Shown here one piece after another: positions 63,195 to 64,000 of a stretch of 64,000 bases of DNA. This DNA is from Candidatus Eiseniibacteriota bacterium. GTDB lineage: Bacteria > Eisenbacteria > RBG-16-71-46. A program made the position numbers and the translations under genes. The stretch covers positions 224,001-288,000 of the forward strand of contig CAVUWA010000005.1 of the NCBI GenBank assembly GCA_963744995.1, written 5' to 3'. Within the stretch, counting starts at the first letter, position 1. Every line of letters begins with the position of its first letter. The notes beneath the pieces are model-generated. The model had not been told where the DNA came from. It worked only from the letters and a program-made list of their open reading frames with translations, and searched no databases.

Positions 63195-63983
63195 TTGAAA
63201 GTCATCGCCGCCGCTGCCCTCTTCGCCGTCCTGCTGACCGTCTCACCGGCCGGGGCTGTCACCGTGCGGATTCCCTATACGGGACAACTCGCGGACGGCG
63301 GCGCTCCGGTCGAAGGGACGCATGCGGTGACCATCCAGATGTACGACGCCGAGTCCGCCGGCAACCTGCTCTTCACCTACAGCGGCGCACTCCCGTTCGA
63401 TCACGGCGTCTTCAGCGTCGATCTCGAGCTCGACAGCGCAATCATCGTCTCACACGATTCGCTGTGGGTAGGGGTCGCGCTCGACGGCGCCCCCGAGCTC
63501 GTTCCGCGCGTGCGGATCGGGGTCGTGCCATATGCCGTGCGCGCCCTCTCCCCGCAACCGTCACCGCCCCCCGGAACGGCCTTCGCATGGGACTTCCCCA
63601 CCATTCCGGTCCCCGATCGGGCCGGGGAATGGACCGCGGTCGCGGAGGTCACCCTGAACGCACCGGCCGCGGGACAGGTGTGGGTCACCTGCTCCGGCTG
63701 GTGGCAGGAGAATTCGAACACCGTGCCGAACTATGTCGGGGTCGAGTTCATTCTCGGCGAGGGCACCCCGCCGCCGATTTCGCAGATGCAGCAGTACCAC
63801 GGATTCTTCCAGTTCAGGAGCTGGCCATTCTCGCATACGACGGTGCTGCCGGCCTCGGCGGGCCCGCACACCTACACGATGTGGGTATCCGTCTCTTCCC
63901 CGAGCCAGCCGCTCACGGCCTTCCCCCTGGTGACGCCCGCCACCATGCAGGCGATGTGGGTTCCGGCCGACTACGGGAACTAG
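63195..63983 (+). CDS. Secreted hypothetical protein (IPYTGQL...PRVRIGVVPYA N-terminal module)
   Basis: GGAGG SD then TTG; signal peptide ending AGA; N-module like those of secreted fibre/adhesin-type proteins. Confidence 0.7.
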   Translation: MKVIAAAALFAVLLTVSPAGAVTVRIPYTGQLADGGAPVEGTHAVTIQMYDAESAGNLLFTYSGALPFDHGVFSVDLELDSAIIVSHDSLWVGVALDGAPELVPRVRIGVVPYAVRALSPQPSPPPGTAFAWDFPTIPVPDRAGEWTAVAEVTLNAPAAGQVWVTCSGWWQENSNTVPNYVGVEFILGEGTPPPISQMQQYHGFFQFRSWPFSHTTVLPASAGPHTYTMWVSVSSPSQPLTAFPLVTPATMQAMWVPADYGN

Positions 63984-64000
63984 CGGGGATACTCCATGAG

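Overview
High-GC bacterial chromosomal window. The many secreted proteins with FlgD-Ig-like or SWGxxKxxY C-terminal tails and the Hanks-type kinases suggest an FCB-group candidate phylum such as Ca. Eisenbacteria (inference only). The left 12.5 kb is an accessory zone downstream of tRNA-Leu(UAA). It holds three degenerate copies of the tRNA 3' end, two of which share an extra non-tRNA arm. These copies delimit integrase-less modules carrying secreted-protein genes, one of them reduced to its C-terminal tail. The core region contains ackA, a six-gene alternative complex III (actABCDEF), a cysM / JAB protease / sulfur-carrier-MoeZ fusion cluster with a 1-nt frameshift, glk-tkt, pck, tal, fumC, sthA, NDH-2, gnd-zwf-pgl and an MFS transporter. 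It also has a hybrid histidine kinase with a degenerate transmitter and two tandem paralogous secreted proteins with swapped middle domains and a conserved structured 5' leader. Further right are a sigma54-driven orphan small ORF, Ser/Thr kinases, a DEAD-box helicase, engB, an acetamidase and tRNA-Cys. Several genes look leaderless. No CRISPR array, integrase, catalytic transposase or phage gene was recognised.
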